DNA from: an uncultured Anaerolineales bacterium
GTDB taxonomy: Bacteria > Chloroflexota > Anaerolineae > Anaerolineales > UBA4823
NCBI GenBank assembly: GCA_937928795.1
Contig: CALFWB010000073.1
Span: 1,521 to 65,520, forward strand
Length of the DNA stretch: 64,000 bases
Direction of reading: 5' to 3'
Shown: positions 59,839-64,000 of the stretch, one piece after another
Layout: the number at the start of each line of letters is the position of its first letter
Numbering within the stretch: the stretch's first letter is position 1
Translations under genes and position numbers: made by a program
The notes under the pieces: model-generated
What the model was told of the DNA's origin: nothing
Databases searched by the model: none
The model's input: the letters and a program-made list of their open reading frames with translations, nothing else

Positions 59839-62109
59839 ATGAATCCAACAACCAAAATCATTGGCGGGAATTTGCTGCGGACCGACTCAATCGCCAAAGT
59901 TACCGGACAAGCCAAATATGTCGAAGACATCTCTCAGAAAGAGATATGGAGCCTGCTTGTCGGGCGTAGTCCGTTTTTTCACGCTCGCTTGCTCAAGTTG
60001 GAACCTCATCGGGCTGAACAAGCCCCCGGCGTGCGCAAAATCCTGACCTGGCGGGATATTCCGGGCGTAAACGGCTTTGAACATTATAGCCTAGAGGAGC
60101 CTGTTTTGCCTGCCGTTGGCGAAACTTTGCGCATGAAAGGAGCACCTATTTTCCTTTTAGTTGCCGAGACAGCCGAACAAGGGCAACAAGCCCTTTCGTT
60201 GGTTGATGTGGAGTTAGAACCCTTGCCGCATCTGCTTTCCGTTGAGCAAGCTCTTGCCCCAGATGCCGTTCAAATTGCGGGCAAGAAAAATGTGCTTGCC
60301 TCTACCGAAATCCACTACGGCGAGATTGAGGCTGCCTTTGCTGAAGCAGACGTTGTGGTTGACTCCCACTATGCGACGGTCTTCTTAGAACATGCCTATC
60401 TGGAACGGGAGAGCTTATTAGGGTATGTTGACGAGCAGGGGCGGATTACGGTCGTGGGGGGCAATCATCAACCTCATAATCAACAACGCTATATTGCCGA
60501 GGTGCTGGGGTTGCCTTTAGAGCAGGTGCGGGTGATCACTCCCCCGACCGGGGGGTCGTTCGGTGGTAAACAAGATCCCTGGCCCTTTGTGGCTGTTGCC
60601 CTAGCGGTTTACCATGTGCGTCACCCGTTGCGCCTCAGCTACAGCCGCAGCGAGTCCTTTGAAGCTACGCCCAAGCGGCATCCCTACCAGATGCACTATC
60701 GCATCGGAGCGACCAGCAAAGGTGACCTAAAAGCCTTATCCATGCGTATCCTAGCCGATACCGGTGGATACGATAGTGGTGGACAATATATCCCTAATTA
60801 CGCCTTGACAGCCGGAGGAGGTTGCTACCGCTGGCAAGCTGTTGATGGATTGGCTCAAACGATTTATACCAATGGCCCAAAATCCGGTCAGTATCGTGGC
60901 TTTGGCACCTCTCAGGCGACTTTTGGCATCGAGTGCGCTTTGGATGAACTTGCCGAAAAATTGGAGATGGACCCGCTCGAATTGCGCCTGCGCAATTGCC
61001 TTCACGACGGCGATATGACCTTTCTCGGATACCCTTCCCCTGAGACCATCGGTTACCAAGAGGTCTTAGAAGCTGTGCGCCCTTACTATCAGCAGATGTT
61101 AGCCGAAGTGCAACAGTTTCAATCGGGCAATCCCTTGTCCTCCGTTCGGCGTGGGGTTGGTCTGGCGGGAATGTGGTATCGCTTTGGCAAAGCCGGCACC
61201 CTCTGTATCGAAGCGCATGCTGAACTGGCGCAGGATGGTCACTTTGTGGTCTATTGTTCTGCGCCGGATTATGGCCAAGGCACCAATACGGTTATGTCCC
61301 AAATTGCAGCCGAGAGCATGGGAGCCAGCCGCGATCAGATTCAAATCGTCAACGCAGATACGGCGCTTGTGCCAAACAGCGACATCCAAGGCGCCTCGCG
61401 GGCGACCTATTTTGTGGGCGGCGCGGTGCGTCAAGCGATGCAAACCCTGCGCCAAGAGATTTTTGGCGTAGCCGCCGAAATGCTGGATACCCCCCTGCAA
61501 TACCTCACCCTGCAAGAAGATGCCATTGTTGACAGTGAGAGACCGCATCAGCGCATTGGCTTAGCCGAGGTTGCCAAGGAGTTCGATCGCATTGGTAAAA
61601 CACGGCGGGTCGTGGGTAAATTTGACCTCAGCAACGCCTTTCCGCGCCATCCCGATGCCGAATATGTGCCCTTTTTTGTCACCGGAGCCCATGTCGCTCA
61701 AGTTCAAGTGGATTTGGAAACCGGCTTTGTTCATGTGCTCAAGATCGTTGCAGCGCATGATGTAGGCAAAGCTGTTAATCCCCTCGATGCGCGCGGGCAA
61801 ATTGAAGGGGCAATTATGATGGGGATTGGGGCTGCCCTCTCAGAGATGTATATCCCCAGTTTGACCACCGGCTTTAGCACTTATCTGTTGCCAATGATTG
61901 ACCGAATGCCGCAAATTGAGGTTCTTCTGATTGAGCGAGAAAGCCGTTTTGGACCTTATGGCGTCAAAGGGCTTGGGGAAGCAGCCATGTTGCCTTCTAC
62001 CCCGGCGATCATCAATGCCATCAGCCGCGCTATTGGCGTTCGTATCCGCTCAATACCAGCCACACCCGAAAGGATTTTCTTCGCCCTGCATGGCAAAAAG
62101 CCAGGGTAG
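59839..62109 (+). CDS. molybdopterin-dependent oxidoreductase, xanthine dehydrogenase/aldehyde oxidase large-subunit family
   Basis: GGSFGGKQ, YRGFGTSQ and VKGLGEAAMLPSTPAIINA motifs. TATAAT at 59783-59788 upstream. Confidence 0.85.
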   Translation: MNPTTKIIGGNLLRTDSIAKVTGQAKYVEDISQKEIWSLLVGRSPFFHARLLKLEPHRAEQAPGVRKILTWRDIPGVNGFEHYSLEEPVLPAVGETLRMKGAPIFLLVAETAEQGQQALSLVDVELEPLPHLLSVEQALAPDAVQIAGKKNVLASTEIHYGEIEAAFAEADVVVDSHYATVFLEHAYLERESLLGYVDEQGRITVVGGNHQPHNQQRYIAEVLGLPLEQVRVITPPTGGSFGGKQDPWPFVAVALAVYHVRHPLRLSYSRSESFEATPKRHPYQMHYRIGATSKGDLKALSMRILADTGGYDSGGQYIPNYALTAGGGCYRWQAVDGLAQTIYTNGPKSGQYRGFGTSQATFGIECALDELAEKLEMDPLELRLRNCLHDGDMTFLGYPSPETIGYQEVLEAVRPYYQQMLAEVQQFQSGNPLSSVRRGVGLAGMWYRFGKAGTLCIEAHAELAQDGHFVVYCSAPDYGQGTNTVMSQIAAESMGASRDQIQIVNADTALVPNSDIQGASRATYFVGGAVRQAMQTLRQEIFGVAAEMLDTPLQYLTLQEDAIVDSERPHQRIGLAEVAKEFDRIGKTRRVVGKFDLSNAFPRHPDAEYVPFFVTGAHVAQVQVDLETGFVHVLKIVAAHDVGKAVNPLDARGQIEGAIMMGIGAALSEMYIPSLTTGFSTYLLPMIDRMPQIEVLLIERESRFGPYGVKGLGEAAMLPSTPAIINAISRAIGVRIRSIPATPERIFFALHGKKPG

Positions 62110-62165
62110 GACAAGACTTGATCCCTTGTAAAAAACGTAAGAAATCTTAATTAGGAGACCCAAGC

Positions 62166-63605
62166 ATGACTCTACAAAGCAACTACACTATGATCCAAGC
62201 CCCCCTGTTCCGCAAACTTTCGGATGCTCAAATTGAAAAAATTCATTATGCCAGCCTTGAAATCTTGGAACGCACCGGAGTGCGCCTCTACGAACCGCGC
62301 GCCATCGAACTGCTCAAGAAAAAAGGCGTGACTGTCGAAGAGGGTAACCGCGTGCGCATTCCGCCCGGCTTGGTCGAGTGGGCGCTCTCGATTGCCCCAA
62401 AGCGCACCACCTTGTATGATCGTCATGGCCGCCGTGCCATGCCTCTGGAAGGGTACAACACCTTTTTCGGGCCCGGTTCCGATTGCCCGAATGTGATCGA
62501 TTTGCGCACAGGCGAACGTCGTCCAGGCACCTTACAGGATATTGTTGAAGCCGTGACGGTCTGCGATGCGTTGCCGAATATCGACTTTCTCATGTCGTTC
62601 TGCATTGCCAACGACCTGCCAGCCGAGATTTACGATCGTCATCAGATGCGGGCCATGCTCATGTATAGCACCAAACCCATTCTCTTTGTCACCCTGGATT
62701 TCCCCGGTTGTGTGGACGCTGTGCGCATGGCAGAGGCTGTGGTTGGCGGGGAAGAAATTCTGCGCCGTCAGCCGATTTGCGCCCTCTATATCAACGTGAG
62801 CCATCCCCTGCGCCATAATCAAGAAGCTCTCGAGAAGCTGCTCTTCATGGCTGAAAAGGGCTTGCCCACTACTTATACACCGGTCGTCCTGCGCGGCGCT
62901 ACGGGCCCGGTCACTGCTGCAGGGGCAATTGCTTTGGCAAACGCCGGGGAGTTAGCCGGCTTGGTGATCGCCCAGCTTCAGCGCGAAGGCGCCCCCGTGA
63001 TCCTCACGGGCGGGGTGAACGATATGTTCGACATGCGCTCAACCATCGATTGCTATGCCGACCCTACCAATCGGGTGATGCTGGTTGAAGTGGCTCACCG
63101 CTATGGTTTACCCATCTTTGGACTGACCGGCTGCAGCGACTCGAAGCTGCCCGATGAACAAGCTGCCGCCGAGGCTGCCTTTTCAATCTTACTGGAGACC
63201 CTCGCCGGGGCGCAACTTGCCCACGATGTCGGCTACTTAGACAGCGGCATGACCAATTCCATTGAACAGATCGTCATTTGTGATGAACTGATTGCTTATG
63301 TCAAACAATTCATGAAAGGCTTAGAGGTCAACGAGGAAACGCTTGCTCTAGATGTGATCGAGAAAATTGGTCCGGATGGCGATTTCCTCGGCAACCCACA
63401 CACCCGCAAACATTTCAAAGAGGATTGGTATCCGACGCTGTTTGATCGACACAATTACGATGGCTGGGTGGCAGCAGGCTCGAAGACGTTGCGCCAGCGC
63501 GCTCGGGAGAAAGCCTTGCACATCTTAGAGACTCACCACCCTGAACCTTTGCCTGCTGATATACAAAAGCACCTCGATCAAATCGTTGCCGAAGCTCACA
63601 ACTGA
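62166..63605 (+). CDS. trimethylamine methyltransferase (MttB) superfamily protein, non-pyrrolysine type
   Basis: 479-aa uninterrupted ORF with MttB-family length and pattern as recalled (IHYASLEILERTGV..., FGPGSDC..., DSGMTNSIEQIVICDE). No in-frame TAG. Confidence 0.8.
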   Translation: MTLQSNYTMIQAPLFRKLSDAQIEKIHYASLEILERTGVRLYEPRAIELLKKKGVTVEEGNRVRIPPGLVEWALSIAPKRTTLYDRHGRRAMPLEGYNTFFGPGSDCPNVIDLRTGERRPGTLQDIVEAVTVCDALPNIDFLMSFCIANDLPAEIYDRHQMRAMLMYSTKPILFVTLDFPGCVDAVRMAEAVVGGEEILRRQPICALYINVSHPLRHNQEALEKLLFMAEKGLPTTYTPVVLRGATGPVTAAGAIALANAGELAGLVIAQLQREGAPVILTGGVNDMFDMRSTIDCYADPTNRVMLVEVAHRYGLPIFGLTGCSDSKLPDEQAAAEAAFSILLETLAGAQLAHDVGYLDSGMTNSIEQIVICDELIAYVKQFMKGLEVNEETLALDVIEKIGPDGDFLGNPHTRKHFKEDWYPTLFDRHNYDGWVAAGSKTLRQRAREKALHILETHHPEPLPADIQKHLDQIVAEAHN

Positions 63606-63642
63606 ACCGAGGAAGTTCCTACAGTTCTGGCAGCACAAGGCA

Positions 63643-64000
63643 ATGCACCTGCTGTTTGGCAGCACGGCCCGCCAAGGCTATCTGGCTGCCGCCGATCAAG
63701 CTTTCATCAGCCTGACCAATTTCCTCGCCACGGTAATGGTGGCGCGTTACGCCACTCCCACCGATTTGGGCGTCTATGCGGTCGGCTTTTCGGCTCTCAC
63801 CTTCGTCCGCAATACGATTGAGGGTTTGGTCATCCAACCGCTGAATGTCTATGGAGCGGGGATGACAGAGGATGAATTCCGTGGCTATGCCTCCAGCACG
63901 GCGGTGATCCAACTTGCTTTAGCCAGCTTGACGGCTCTCGTTAGCGCTTTGGGAGGATGGCTCTTGATCCACAGCGGCAACAATGTTGCCGGGCCGGCGC
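63643..64000 (+). CDS. polysaccharide/oligosaccharide flippase (MOP/Wzx-like), 3'-truncated by the window edge
   Basis: Open frame from the ATG at 63643 to the window end. MHLLFGSTARQGYLAAADQAFISLTNFLATVMVARYATPTDLGVYAVGFS resembles flippase N-termini. It is absent from the ORF track because it has no stop. Confidence 0.55.
   Translation, partial: MHLLFGSTARQGYLAAADQAFISLTNFLATVMVARYATPTDLGVYAVGFSALTFVRNTIEGLVIQPLNVYGAGMTEDEFRGYASSTAVIQLALASLTALVSALGGWLLIHSGNNVAGPA

Noticed and set aside
62166-63605. A pyrrolysine-encoding MttB with an in-frame UAG.
   Set aside because: The ORF is uninterrupted over 479 codons with no amber codon. No pyl genes are in the window.
63619-63912. 97-aa minus-strand ORF at the right edge.
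   Set aside because: The plus strand carries an open frame from the ATG at 63643 to the window end. That frame has a hydrophobic flippase-like N-terminus. The minus ORF is Arg/Gly-rich antisense-type sequence.

Overview
This is a gene-dense 64-kb chromosomal window with about 50 CDS and one tRNA. GC looks mid-50s% by eye. I infer, without proof, that it comes from a Chloroflexota (Anaerolineae-like) bacterium. That inference rests on DUF2298 'YYY' membrane proteins, dispersed GGGAGAGGGG/GGGGTGAGGG-type repeats and the overall gene content.

Contents from left to right:
- The 3' end of PolX.
- A minus-strand cation operon: an unknown 384-aa protein, an APC-like permease, a P-type ATPase and two TrkA/RCK proteins.
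- A repeat-filled intergenic hub.
- A Crp/Fnr regulator, then a plus-strand cluster of uncharacterised polytopic membrane proteins wrapped around heme O synthase and an FGE-like lipoprotein.
- ArfB, then tRNA-Sec (selC).
- An M50 protease, a TPR protein and two convergent histidine kinases that overlap at their 3' ends.
- A ~14-kb minus-strand operon of four giant GT-C-like/DUF2298 membrane proteins co-linear with cmk and two PlsC acyltransferases.
- An SLC13 transporter with RCK_C domains and a REC-GAF signalling pair.
- A bacterial Vms1/eRF1-like (VLRF1/baeRF) protein.
- Bacterioferritin, Hsp20 and a PIG-L deacetylase.
- A CysO-dependent cysteine cluster (cysM-mec-orf96-cysO-moeZ) and a GAF protein.
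- A peptide-type ABC importer.
- An orphan Mo-hydroxylase large subunit, a non-Pyl MttB homolog and the start of a flippase.

I saw no rRNA, CRISPR array, transposase, integrase or phage genes.

The most interesting items are:
1. The heme-O-synthase-centred membrane cluster. It includes a 12-TM protein with a His-bearing 3 x 4-helix repeat, and CRP/FNR-type palindromes lie upstream.
2. The GT-C/DUF2298 mega-operon, where dispersed repeats are inserted in frame into three of the genes.
3. A 78-bp MITE-like palindromic element present four times.
4. The VLRF1-like protein.
5. A CysO homolog with a 10-residue tail after the GG motif.

All functional calls come from motif recognition by eye. No database search was run.
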